Source of the DNA: an uncultured Nitrososphaera sp.
GTDB lineage: Archaea > Thermoproteota > Nitrososphaeria > Nitrososphaerales > Nitrososphaeraceae
Direction of reading: 5' to 3'
Assembly (NCBI GenBank): GCA_964556935.1
Contig: CAZKXR010000001.1
Span: 79,988 to 143,987, forward strand
DNA length: 64,000 nucleotides
Part shown: positions 36,695 through 45,343 of the stretch, piece by piece
Layout: each line of letters starts with the position of its first letter
Numbering within the stretch: position 1 is the first letter of the stretch
Program-made: the position numbers and the translations under genes
The notes under the pieces: model-generated
Told to the model about the DNA's origin: nothing
Databases searched by the model: none
Seen by the model: the letters and a program-made list of their open reading frames with translations, nothing else

Positions 36695-37276
36695 TGACAT
36701 CCACCTGAAGAACGGTTCAAGTGAGCTGGCAAATGGAAGTGACCGCGAGCCCTTTACGTTAAAACCAAGAAGCAGCATTCTTGCCGCAAGTCTTCCTTGC
36801 AGCGAACGCGGCAGCTGCTCCTCTCTAAAGGGACCAAATATTTCAAAGTAATAATCCTGCTTGTAGTGCGCTACGTGCTGGGCAAAGCAGTCCGACAGTA
36901 TGGCGGGGTCCCCGGCCACCCGTTTGTTTAGCTCTGTCTGATCCATGCCTGCACTGTCAACTATTATCTGCAGGGATCTTTTGGTATAGTTCTCTCTGGT
37001 AAATGCGGAGTTCAACCTGTTGGGCGTCACCGCATACATCCTGATGTCCTTGGCAGCCTGCTCCACAGTCCTTCTGGCCAAGTCCTTTGCTTCCTTTATC
37101 TCCGCATCCCCATGAACGCCATGGTCTTTGCCAAAAATGTAAAACGCAGCGACGGTCTCTTCTCTTTTTATGTATGGAAAGTCAACCTCGCCGGCCAGAA
37201 AGCGCGTTATCCTGCTTGAAATATCGGAAGGCATGAAAATGCCCATGTACGAGTCTACAAGGACCGGCAACGGCAA
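36680..37276 (-). CDS. Hypothetical protein
   Basis: 198-aa ORF, convergent with 36143..36694 (15-nt overlap). No family recognised. Confidence 0.5.
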   Translation of the reverse strand: MPLPVLVDSYMGIFMPSDISSRITRFLAGEVDFPYIKREETVAAFYIFGKDHGVHGDAEIKEAKDLARRTVEQAAKDIRMYAVTPNRLNSAFTRENYTKRSLQIIVDSAGMDQTELNKRVAGDPAILSDCFAQHVAHYKQDYYFEIFGPFREEQLPRSLQGRLAARMLLLGFNVKGSRSLPFASSLEPFFRWMSSKVG

Positions 37277-37334
37277 TCAAATAGCAAGGGCTTGATTTAA
37301 TCTTAAAGACAATAAAAGAAAGGAAAAAAGGGAT

Positions 37335-37871
37335 TTAGTGAGCGTGCGGTGGTGCCTGTGAGCTTTTTGCCAGCGCCTCGTTGAAGGTGCCTGCAGCCTT
37401 CTCGTGGAATTCGAGATTGGACTGGTCGACCTTGACCGCCTGCGGCGGACATACCGAAACGCATGCCATGCACCAGATGCAGTCGTGCTCCCTGATCGGG
37501 TCTGCCTTGTCGGTGTAGTCCTTGCGTTCTTCCTTCACAGAGCTACCGGTTCCAGCGTATGTTTGGTTGTGTGCTTCAGCTCCCGGAACGTCATGCTCTG
37601 TCCTGTACCACTGGTACACCTGGACCGGACATGCCTCAATGCATGCACCGTCAGCAACACATGAGTCCCAGTCGATGGCAACCATTGTGCCACTTACGCC
37701 CAACGGGACTAACTCTTCGCCTCTTGCCTCGTATGCATGCTTGACTTCTTCATTCTCGGCGGCTTCGGCTACCTTGCCGGGCCCCCATCTAAAGTGGTAG
37801 TGCTCGCCATCTGCATGCACGATCTTACCGATCACTTGATGATTCCTTGGAAAGTCTGGATCTATCGGCAT
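37335..37871 (-). CDS. Dicluster ferredoxin ([3Fe-4S] + [4Fe-4S] type) with a long His-rich N-terminal extension
   Basis: [12 protein letters not shown] (C-x2-D-x2-C-x3-CP, with Asp at the second position, suggests a 3Fe cluster) and [12 protein letters not shown]. The N-terminal HADGEHYH resembles the zinc-site extension of Sulfolobus-type ferredoxins. Confidence 0.8.
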   Translation of the reverse strand: MPIDPDFPRNHQVIGKIVHADGEHYHFRWGPGKVAEAAENEEVKHAYEARGEELVPLGVSGTMVAIDWDSCVADGACIEACPVQVYQWYRTEHDVPGAEAHNQTYAGTGSSVKEERKDYTDKADPIREHDCIWCMACVSVCPPQAVKVDQSNLEFHEKAAGTFNEALAKSSQAPPHAH

Positions 37872-38014
37872 TTTCTATTCTGGGTGTAAAGAGATGTAAA
37901 TATTATATAAACTGTTTGACAGGCAATTATCGTACAATATATAGCCGAAAGTTGGCCTCAATCCAGACGGCAGTTAAGAACGAATGCCGCCGCTGTTATG
38001 ACAGATCCGATGAT

Positions 38015-39193
38015 CTAAGCCATCTTCTCGAAGAGCACTTTTAGCCTTCGATCCTCAAGTTTTGCGCGGGTAAGCTTCATACCTGCCGTTGCTATGGGCA
38101 GCGGAACAATGTTGACGATCCGGCCTGCAGCGGTCTTGACGCCTACGGAAAGCTGGTCGCCAATTCGCTCGATGTCAAAGTCGTCTTTTTCTGAAAATGG
38201 CACTTGGACTGTCATGTGTATTGAAGTGCCTTCCGATTCGAATTTGTACGGCTGGCCACGGTAAAAAACCTGTGCAGGATCATCATCTCCAAAGAGCTTG
38301 TCTCCATGACGCGATAGCATGTCTATGCCGCGCAGCTCCGTGGGAAAGAGCTGTATCTCCCTTATAGGAAGCGGGTAAAAGTTGGCCTTGGCCTCCTCGA
38401 CCTTTGACTGCTGGAAGCTGGCCCATCGCGCATAATATTCGTCTGAAGAGGGGATCATTATCTTGTTTATCACTGCCATGTCGACATTTATGCCGTACAG
38501 GCTTGCCGACATGAGTGCCCGCTTGGCATTTTCAATGCTAAACGTATCCGGGTTGGCCACAAGACGTATGCTGGTGACATCGCTGTTCTTTATTATATCC
38601 GCAAGGCTGTCAAGCCTGTCCAAAAGCTCCACCTCGCTGGTTATGACGTCCCTGCTGGGAGCCGGAATCTTTGCAAGAGGCTGAAAGACCTTGGCAAAGC
38701 CGCTGAACAGGCCCGCAAGGCCGGAGAGCTTGCGCCCTATACTTCCAACAAGCTTGGGAAAGTAAAGGTACCGCAAGGCCTCGCCGGATGCTGGCATGTC
38801 CAATACGATGGCATCAAACACCTTGGTCTGCCAGACTTCTTCGATCTTGAGAAGCGAGAATAGCTGCGTCATTCCAGGCAGCATCGCAACTTCATAGGCA
38901 AGAGTCTCGTCGATGCCTTTTGCCGAGAACACCGATGCCATGTACGATAGTATGACGTTGTACTGCCGGCTCATCTCGGCCACCGGGTCTATCTGCAGGG
39001 CCTGAAGATTTGTCAGGACCTGCTTTTGTTCATGGCTGATGTCTGGAATCATAAGGGCGTCGCTTAAAGTATGGGCCGGATCGGCGGATATGACCAAAGT
39101 CTTGTAGCCGCGTTCTGCAAGCTTGATGGCCGTGGCACACGATGTCACCGTCTTGCCAGTGCCGCCTTTGCCGGTGTACACTATTAATCGCAA
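38015..39193 (-). CDS. ArsA/GET3-family ATPase with a C-terminal HSP20/alpha-crystallin-like domain
   Basis: Deviant Walker A motif GKGGTGKT near the N-terminus, and a C-terminal beta-sandwich (IHMTVQVPF..DFDIERIGDQLSV..LKVLFEK). TTG start. Confidence 0.8.
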   Translation of the reverse strand: MRLIVYTGKGGTGKTVTSCATAIKLAERGYKTLVISADPAHTLSDALMIPDISHEQKQVLTNLQALQIDPVAEMSRQYNVILSYMASVFSAKGIDETLAYEVAMLPGMTQLFSLLKIEEVWQTKVFDAIVLDMPASGEALRYLYFPKLVGSIGRKLSGLAGLFSGFAKVFQPLAKIPAPSRDVITSEVELLDRLDSLADIIKNSDVTSIRLVANPDTFSIENAKRALMSASLYGINVDMAVINKIMIPSSDEYYARWASFQQSKVEEAKANFYPLPIREIQLFPTELRGIDMLSRHGDKLFGDDDPAQVFYRGQPYKFESEGTSIHMTVQVPFSEKDDFDIERIGDQLSVGVKTAAGRIVNIVPLPIATAGMKLTRAKLEDRRLKVLFEKMA

Positions 39194-39220
39194 AGCAACA
39201 AAATTGTGGCTTGTTGGGAT

Positions 39221-39250
39221 AAAAGGATTTAGAAAATAAAAAGGAAAAAG
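39221..39250 (-). terminator. Oligo-T tracts downstream of amt (also holds the AT-rich putative promoter of the ArsA-like gene)
   Basis: The minus strand reads CCTTTTTCCTTTTTATTTTCT directly after the amt stop. Confidence 0.35.
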
Positions 39251-39259
39251 GACGGGAGC

Positions 39260-40486
39260 CTAACTGACGTAGGCCCGTTCTGCGTGCTGGGTGATGTCCA
39301 GACCGATGTCTTCTTCTTCTTCCTTGACCTTCAGGCCTATGGTCTTGTCTATGATCTTCATGATCACCACGGTTCCGGCAAATCCCATCACTGCGGCTAC
39401 GCCAACACCCAAGGCCTGGATGGCAAACTGCATGGGGTTTCCATACAGCAAGCCGTTTGGACCAGCCGGGTTGACTATCTGGGTTGCAAGGATACCTATG
39501 GCCAGAGATCCCACGATGCCTGTGACACCGTGCACAGAGCTGACGTCCAAGGCGTCGTCGATGTGCAAGTGCTCCTTCAGAAGAAGGATCGCGTAGTACG
39601 AGGCAAAGCCAAGGACGATACCCAGGAAGAACGAGCTCTGGGCGTCTATGAAACCTGCCGCTGGTGTTACACCGGCAAGTCCTGCAATCGCGCCGTTGAT
39701 GACCGCTGTGGTGGAAGGCTTGCCAGATCTCTTCCATGAGAGGAAGATCCAGACCATTGCCGAAGTGGCTGAACCGATGTGCGTGACAAGCAATGTGTTG
39801 GCGGCAAGTGCTCCTGACGCCAGCGCGCTGCCTGCATTAAAGCCAAACCAGCCTATCCACAGCAGCGCCGCTCCTATTACTGCAAGCGGAATGTTGTGTG
39901 GAACCATGATGTCTGGTCCAAAGTTCTTTCTGCGCCCCAGCACCAGTGCTGCTGCAAGCGAACCCAGACCTGCGCTGGTGTGGATGACTATACCACCTGC
40001 AAAGTCAAACACGCCCATCTGGGCCAGCCAGCCTCTTCCCCAGACCCAGTGTGCAAGCGGGAAGTAGACCAGCAGGCTCCATGCGATTATGAACACAAAG
40101 AATGAACTCCACTTGAGCCTTTCTGCAAATGCGCCTGTCATGAGCAACGGAGTAATGACTGCAAACATCATCTGGTACGAGCCAAAAGTCACACCCGGTA
40201 TGGTAGGTGCATAATCCAGTGTGTCGTTGAACGGAACGTTGTTGAAGAATACCCAGTCAAGTCCGCCAATGAAGCCGCCCTGTGAGGGGGCAAACACAAG
40301 CGAGAACCCGAGGACAAACCAAAGCGTAGAGAGTATTGCCAGTCCGGAAAAAGTCTGCATTATGATGGACAGCGAGTTTTTACTTCGTATCAGACCTGCT
40401 TCAAAAAAACCAAGCGCCGGCGTCATCAGCATGACGAGGCCTGTAGAGATAAGCATCCATGTTGTATCTCCAGTATCGATCGGCAT
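39260..40486 (-). CDS. amt: Ammonium transporter (Amt/MEP/Rh family)
   Basis: DTTWMLISTGLVMLMTPALGFFEAG, FAVITPLLMTGAFAER, DFAGGIVIHTSAG and VHGVTGIVGS signatures; 408 aa, about 11 TM helices. Confidence 0.95.
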   Translation of the reverse strand: MPIDTGDTTWMLISTGLVMLMTPALGFFEAGLIRSKNSLSIIMQTFSGLAILSTLWFVLGFSLVFAPSQGGFIGGLDWVFFNNVPFNDTLDYAPTIPGVTFGSYQMMFAVITPLLMTGAFAERLKWSSFFVFIIAWSLLVYFPLAHWVWGRGWLAQMGVFDFAGGIVIHTSAGLGSLAAALVLGRRKNFGPDIMVPHNIPLAVIGAALLWIGWFGFNAGSALASGALAANTLLVTHIGSATSAMVWIFLSWKRSGKPSTTAVINGAIAGLAGVTPAAGFIDAQSSFFLGIVLGFASYYAILLLKEHLHIDDALDVSSVHGVTGIVGSLAIGILATQIVNPAGPNGLLYGNPMQFAIQALGVGVAAVMGFAGTVVIMKIIDKTIGLKVKEEEEDIGLDITQHAERAYVS

Positions 40487-40513
40487 TTCCAGCCCTTATC
40501 TGCGAGAGATTTG

Positions 40514-40522
40514 ATATAAAAA
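40514..40522 (-). promoter_or_regulatory. TATA box (TTTTTATAT on the minus strand) upstream of amt
   Basis: The element ends 27 nt before the amt ATG, which implies a near-leaderless transcript. Confidence 0.4.
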
Positions 40523-40616
40523 GGCATCGAATCCATGATATTATCATAATATATTATTTTTATGACATACTCGGTAAAATTGCGATTATTTTAACGCCGT
40601 GATCCACGGCCCGCAA

Positions 40617-41726
40617 TTATGGATTTTTGAGAGCGGCATGGAGCGTAGAGGCAATTCTATGAATGCCCTCCTCATCGACACCGGGGTGGACCGGCAGAGA
40701 CAGGACATGTTTTGAGCTCCAATCCGTTTCTGGCAGTTTTGTTTCCGGTGCCATCATGCGATAATAAGGCGTCTGGTGAACCGGCGGGTCATAGTAAACG
40801 GCCGTGCCAATGCCATTGGCCTGCATCGTACTTTTGGCCATGTCCCTTGCCGCATTCTCGATGGCCACGGTGTATAGGTACCAGTTGAACTTGCTGTCCC
40901 GTCCTTCTTGCGGGGTCCTGACAAGCTTGCCGCAATCCCTGAGCAAATCCGACATCATGTTTGCGTTGCTTCTCCTTATATCAAGCAGGCCGGCAAGCTT
41001 TCCCATCTGTACTTTGGCTATGGCCGCGCACAGCTCTGGCAGCCTCATGTTCAGGCCAAAGATTCGCGTGTCGTAGCCTTCTACCATCCCGTGATTCCGG
41101 ATCATCCTCAGCTTGTCTGCAAGGCTATCGTCATTGGTTGCTATCGCGCCGCCCTCGCCGGCGGTGATTACCTTGCTTGCGTACATGCTGTAGCAACCCA
41201 TGATCCCAAAGGTGCCAGTCTGTTTCCCCTTGTACGTCGAGCCAATGGACTGGCAGGCGTCTTCGATGACTGAAAGAGAATGCTTCCCGGCCACTTCCAG
41301 CAGCTCGTCCATGCCGCAGGGGTGGCCATACAGATGGACTGGTATCACTGCCCTTGATCCGGATGTAATTTTGCGTTCAAGATCTGCCACATCGATCGTG
41401 TAATCGTCTCTTTTTATGTCGACAAATACTGGCCTAGCGCCAGCTGCAACGACGGCGTTGGCGGTGGCCACAAAGGTAAAGGACGGCAGAAGAACCTCGT
41501 CTCCCTGACCTATGCCGGCGGCAAGGAGTGCTGCATGAAGCGCGGCCGTGCCGGAACTAACGGCGACAACATGCCTGACTTGAAGAAAATCGCGCAGCAG
41601 AGATTCAAGATCCTGAACGCGTCTTCCGCCTTTAAGCGACGCATTTGTAAGCGCACCTTCTTCAAGCACGCTTAATACCTCGCGTACTTCCTGGTCGTCA
41701 ATCAAAGGCTTGTTTATAGGAATCAT
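40617..41726 (-). CDS. DegT/DnrJ/EryC1/StrS-family PLP aminotransferase (sugar aminotransferase)
   Basis: SGTAALH, PSFTFVATANA, IEDACQS and SMYASKVITAGEGG (PLP lysine) motifs. Confidence 0.9.
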   Translation of the reverse strand: MIPINKPLIDDQEVREVLSVLEEGALTNASLKGGRRVQDLESLLRDFLQVRHVVAVSSGTAALHAALLAAGIGQGDEVLLPSFTFVATANAVVAAGARPVFVDIKRDDYTIDVADLERKITSGSRAVIPVHLYGHPCGMDELLEVAGKHSLSVIEDACQSIGSTYKGKQTGTFGIMGCYSMYASKVITAGEGGAIATNDDSLADKLRMIRNHGMVEGYDTRIFGLNMRLPELCAAIAKVQMGKLAGLLDIRRSNANMMSDLLRDCGKLVRTPQEGRDSKFNWYLYTVAIENAARDMAKSTMQANGIGTAVYYDPPVHQTPYYRMMAPETKLPETDWSSKHVLSLPVHPGVDEEGIHRIASTLHAALKNP

Positions 41727-41870
41727 GTCGGTCCCTGCAGACTAAAGGATACGTTGATAGCTAGCATTAAGTTTCTTTGTTTTTGCGGGCTGTCAGGCCT
41801 TCGGTTGGCCGTACAAAGGAGTTAATAAGATCAGCGACTGGGGTATGCGAGAATGCTTCAGGTAGCACCA

Positions 41871-41882
41871 TTATATTAATAA
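41871..41882 (+). promoter_or_regulatory. TATA-like element TTATATTAATAA upstream of GTG 41906
   Basis: It lies 24-35 nt upstream of the start proposed from comparison with the paralogue. Confidence 0.35.
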
Positions 41883-41905
41883 CATCGTTCCACGTTCCTT
41901 GTCGA

Positions 41906-42283
41906 GTGCCTAACTATCGGGACTTGTGCAATGAAATATTGCAGCTCGATAGGGTGTCCTTTGTTGGTGTCATTACCATGGGTGGCAAGATTCTATTTTC
42001 TGATTACAAAGAGAGCAAACCCATGTATAAAAAATCGGAGGCAGAAAGCGCGCTCATGAAAGCGGCCATAAGGATGGGCTCAAGAAAAGAGTTCCTAGAA
42101 AAGCTAGGAGATGTAAACTATTCACTTACGGAGTACAGTTTGGCAAAACAGTTCACCATCCCGCTAGAGAAAGACGTCCGTACCTTGCTTTTTGTTTCAG
42201 AGTACAACGGCAGCAACGGCTCGAATGACAAAATAACCATTGACAGCATAATGGATATTCTAATGAAGCACGGTGTGAGATGA
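41906..42283 (+). CDS. Small roadblock/LC7-like (DUF6659-like) protein; paralogue of 10713..11084
   Basis: The ORF track starts at 41777, but that extension has no ATG. GTG 41906 gives (M)PNYRDLCNEILQLDRVSFVGVITMGGKI..., colinear with MDMDFAKLCERVLDLNDDIRYAGVIDDIGAL... of the other copy (125 vs 124 aa). Confidence 0.45.
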   Translation: MPNYRDLCNEILQLDRVSFVGVITMGGKILFSDYKESKPMYKKSEAESALMKAAIRMGSRKEFLEKLGDVNYSLTEYSLAKQFTIPLEKDVRTLLFVSEYNGSNGSNDKITIDSIMDILMKHGVR

Positions 42284-42284
42284 T

Positions 42285-43073
42285 CTATGGTCTGGACAAA
42301 ATCTCTTTTTTGATCTCAGACTTGATGGAATCAAAAATGATGTCGGCTGATTTGCCAAACATTCCCCTTATGGATTCTTCAAAAGCTTCCGGCTGAGAGA
42401 TGATGTTCCCGTCTGCTGCATAATTCCCGGCAGTCTTGAGAATCAGCTTCGACGTCTCATTTGGAAAGAACCTGTTCAGGGCATTTTTCACAACTTCAAT
42501 GCCTTTTTCAGGAGTCCAGACAAACCGTTCAAAGTCGGGGTAAATGATGCGCTGATGCGAATTCAACAGACCAAGTATGTAGCTCAGTGGCAACCTTTCG
42601 ATGCACCCCATCGTGTAACAGCACACGGCTTCAATTCCAGAAAGGTTATCGAAATTTTTTGCCACCAACTTCTCGTATTCTACGATCTTCTTTTGGTTAA
42701 CCCCTCTTTCAAAGAAAGCATCCGGAAGCATGCCCATAACCAGAAAACCCTTGAAACTGCCGTTTTCCTTGATCTTGGAAAGAAGGCTGTACCATTCATC
42801 TAGCATTGGGCGGCCATAAAAATTCATTTTTTTCGGTAAGTAGAACGTATTTTTGTCGATCAAGGTCAGGGCTTTGGATTCCAAGAATCTCTTGCTTTTC
42901 GGATCTACGCCGGCTATCTTGCTTGCAACCTGGCTTGGGTTAGATTCTACCACATAAACGACGGCATAACCTTCAGAAAGATACTTGCTTATTTGTTCGT
43001 AAAGCTGATGGTAACCAGAATTAGGTGCAACACCCTCCAAGATGTACATAGAGTGAAAATGTTGCACATTCAA
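42285..43073 (-). CDS. MEDS-domain-like protein with a C-terminal helical module
   Basis: HFHSMYILEG, YLSEGYAVVYV, LTLIDKNTFY, VEYEKLV and AVCCY..H follow the MEDS (methanogen/methylotroph DcmR sensory) domain pattern as I remember it. Confidence 0.5.
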   Translation of the reverse strand: MNVQHFHSMYILEGVAPNSGYHQLYEQISKYLSEGYAVVYVVESNPSQVASKIAGVDPKSKRFLESKALTLIDKNTFYLPKKMNFYGRPMLDEWYSLLSKIKENGSFKGFLVMGMLPDAFFERGVNQKKIVEYEKLVAKNFDNLSGIEAVCCYTMGCIERLPLSYILGLLNSHQRIIYPDFERFVWTPEKGIEVVKNALNRFFPNETSKLILKTAGNYAADGNIISQPEAFEESIRGMFGKSADIIFDSIKSEIKKEILSRP

Positions 43074-43359
43074 TAAACAATCCTGACATTTTTATAAAGT
43101 TGATGCCACATGGTGCAAAGACGCGTATTACAGTAGAGGCGACGGCTTAAGGATAGCGCAGTGTTTATACTATCATGCCATGCACGTTCTGTAATTTACA
43201 ATAATTGTGTTTCAGTGAAATCGTTTTTATTTACCGATTATACAAGATTGGTTAGTATTGGTATTTGTAACCATAAAATGCCGATAGTTGTCAAATCGAG
43301 CTATTATTTCTGTCCCTTTTATGATACTAGTTGGAGACTTTATCTAGCATCAAAAATTG

Positions 43360-43367
43360 TTTAAATA
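43360..43367 (+). promoter_or_regulatory. TATA box TTTAAATA upstream of ATG 43393
   Basis: It lies 26-33 nt upstream of the first ATG (MSHVSD). The ORF-track start 43357 (TTG) would place the TATA box inside the gene. Confidence 0.4.
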
Positions 43368-43392
43368 CGTCCTAAACAATTGCGGTTCTGCC

Positions 43393-43875
43393 ATGTCACA
43401 CGTTTCTGACAGCAATGGAGGGCCATCGGATTTCGCGTCCTGTATGCTGCAGGCACTGGATCTGGTGGGAAATGAATCGAGGGAAGTGATCCTAAGCTAC
43501 ATAGAGAACAGATATGGTGTGGAACGTGACTCTATTGCAGAACACAAAGATGAATTTTACAACTATCTTCGTGAGACTCTGGATTCTAGCGCGGAAATTA
43601 TTATTTCCAAGATCAATCAGGCACTGGAACAAAACAACTGTGCACAAAAAGGAGCGCAGCAGAGCAAAAGAATATCGTCGGATATCCGATTTCTGATCTG
43701 CAATTCTTGCTTCTGGTGCGCCTCACAGCTATCCTCCCAGTTTGAGCAGACATGTCCTTCCTGCGGTCAGTGCATAACCGAATCCACGTCCATTTCAGTC
43801 AACGAATTGTACAAATTCGATTATCATCCAGAACATGGTATTATTGAATTCAAAAGAAATGGAATAGCCGAATAA
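43393..43875 (+). CDS. Hypothetical protein: N-terminal helical module shared with 42285..43073, plus a C-terminal zinc ribbon
   Basis: CNSCFWC...CPSCGQC four-Cys ribbon. The N-terminal LQALDLVGNESREVILSYIENRYGV..EFYNYLRETLDSSAEIIISKINQAL parallels the MEDS protein tail. Confidence 0.5.
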   Translation: MSHVSDSNGGPSDFASCMLQALDLVGNESREVILSYIENRYGVERDSIAEHKDEFYNYLRETLDSSAEIIISKINQALEQNNCAQKGAQQSKRISSDIRFLICNSCFWCASQLSSQFEQTCPSCGQCITESTSISVNELYKFDYHPEHGIIEFKRNGIAE

Positions 43876-44001
43876 TCGAATGTCAATTATTAATCGCCAT
43901 TTATAGCAGCAAAGGCATTGCTGAGTGCATTTCAGAATTTTACGATGCTGCAAAGATTCGATCTTGTGTAGCAAATCTTGCTCCTTTTAGCAAAGTTATG
44001 G

Positions 44002-44076
44002 TGGATGGGGAGAGATTCGAACTCTCGACCACCTGTGTGTGAGACAGGTATCCTAACCAGGCTAGACTACCCATCC
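44002..44076 (-). tRNA. tRNA-Val (anticodon CAC), 75 nt, genomically followed by CCA (43999-44001)
   Basis: Hand fold: GGATGGG|TA|GTCT|AGCCTGGTTA|GGAT|A|CCTGT|CTCACAC|ACAGG|TGGTC|GAGAG|TTCGAAT|CTCTC|CCCATCC|A. Confidence 0.85.
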
Positions 44077-44118
44077 ACCTGACACTTGTTTTCTAAAAGA
44101 TTGATTATATATTTTCAG

Positions 44119-45267
44119 CTACTGGTTGTAGTTGACCAGGTACGGGTCAGGCTGGTAAAATGACCCGTATTTTGAGGCCATGCCTTCCAGGGTCTTGACC
44201 ACTTCTCCGACGCCGAATTCCTGCACGGTGGCAAACAGCTCTTTTTTCAGACCCATGCCAAGTTTCAGGGCCTTCTCCAGATCCTCCTTGCTACACACGT
44301 CATTTGAGATTAGCCAGGCCGCATTGTTGGCCGCCACCGCAACCAGCTTGATGGGGTTGTATTTAGCAGCCTCTTCTTCTGTAAGGTTGATTCTCTCGTA
44401 TTTCTCGCCCTTGTATTCGTAAAAGCCCTTGCCAGTCTTCTGGCCCAGGTTCTTTTCATCGAAAAGCTGCTTGACCGCCGGGTGGGGGTTGACGACCTTG
44501 GCATCGCGGGAGTGCATTTCGATGGTGGCCTTGTGGATGACATCCATGCCCGTATAGTCAGCCAGCTCGAATATCCCCATCGGAAATGACATCCTGAACT
44601 TGACGGCAGAGTCGATCTGAGTCATGGTAGCGCCGTCCCTGTCCTTGCAGTACACGGCCTCATGGACAAGCGGTATAAAGATGCGGTTGACTATGAAACC
44701 GGCGACGTCCTTTCGGCACAGCACTGGCTGCTTGCCTACCTTCTTGATGAAGTCTAGTGCCAGGTTGGTGATGGATTCATCCGTCTTGCCGCCGGGAATG
44801 ACCTCTACTAGGGGCATGAGCTGCGGCGGGTTGAAAAAGTGGATGCCCACAAAACGTTCCGGCCTGTTGGTAAGGGCGGCCATCTCCGTTATGGGAAGGG
44901 TGCTGGTGTTGGATGCAAATACCGTCTTTTTCTCTGCAAAGCTTTCAACGTCGGCGTAAACCTTCTTCTTCAGGTTCATGTCCTCTGGAACAGCCTCGAT
45001 GAGCAGATCCGCGTCCTTGAGGGCCTGCTTGAGGTCCACCACCGGCGTGATGCGGGCAAAGATCTCGTCAGCCTCAGCCTGTGATATCTTTTGCTTCTCG
45101 ACAAGCTTTCCAAGGGACCACTTGATCTTGTCCATTGCCTTGTCAAGAAAAGATTGCTCGATATCGCGCAGCGTCACGGTATATCCGGCCATGGCAGAGA
45201 CCTGCGCAATGCCATGCCCCATTATGCCTGAGCCCAGAACGGTTATCTTGTTAACTGTGAATGACAT
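44119..45267 (-). CDS. 3-hydroxyacyl-CoA (3-hydroxybutyryl-CoA) dehydrogenase
   Basis: NAD motif ITVLGSGIMGHGIAQ, with SNTS, HFFNP and FIVNR motifs; 382 aa. Confidence 0.9.
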   Translation of the reverse strand: MSFTVNKITVLGSGIMGHGIAQVSAMAGYTVTLRDIEQSFLDKAMDKIKWSLGKLVEKQKISQAEADEIFARITPVVDLKQALKDADLLIEAVPEDMNLKKKVYADVESFAEKKTVFASNTSTLPITEMAALTNRPERFVGIHFFNPPQLMPLVEVIPGGKTDESITNLALDFIKKVGKQPVLCRKDVAGFIVNRIFIPLVHEAVYCKDRDGATMTQIDSAVKFRMSFPMGIFELADYTGMDVIHKATIEMHSRDAKVVNPHPAVKQLFDEKNLGQKTGKGFYEYKGEKYERINLTEEEAAKYNPIKLVAVAANNAAWLISNDVCSKEDLEKALKLGMGLKKELFATVQEFGVGEVVKTLEGMASKYGSFYQPDPYLVNYNQ

Positions 45268-45343
45268 TTTCCTTGATCCGGCGCCGGGTAATTTTTAATG
45301 TTGCTACAAAACAAAATGAATAGTAAGGCTGTTACAGGACCCG

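Noticed and set aside
39030-39737. 235-aa same-strand ORF spanning the amt 3' half, the spacer and the ArsA-like 5' end.
   Set aside because: It is an alternative frame of two confidently identified genes. The product is extremely Arg/His/Gly-rich and crosses an oligo-T terminator region.
41730-44001. Integrated element at tRNA-Val: low-GC islet 4 abuts the 3' end of the tRNA.
   Set aside because: I found no integrase. I also found no second copy of the tRNA 3' segment (TGGTGGATGGGGAGAGATTCGAAC) at the distal islet border around 41.7-41.9 kb. The low GC and the tRNA adjacency remain suggestive only.
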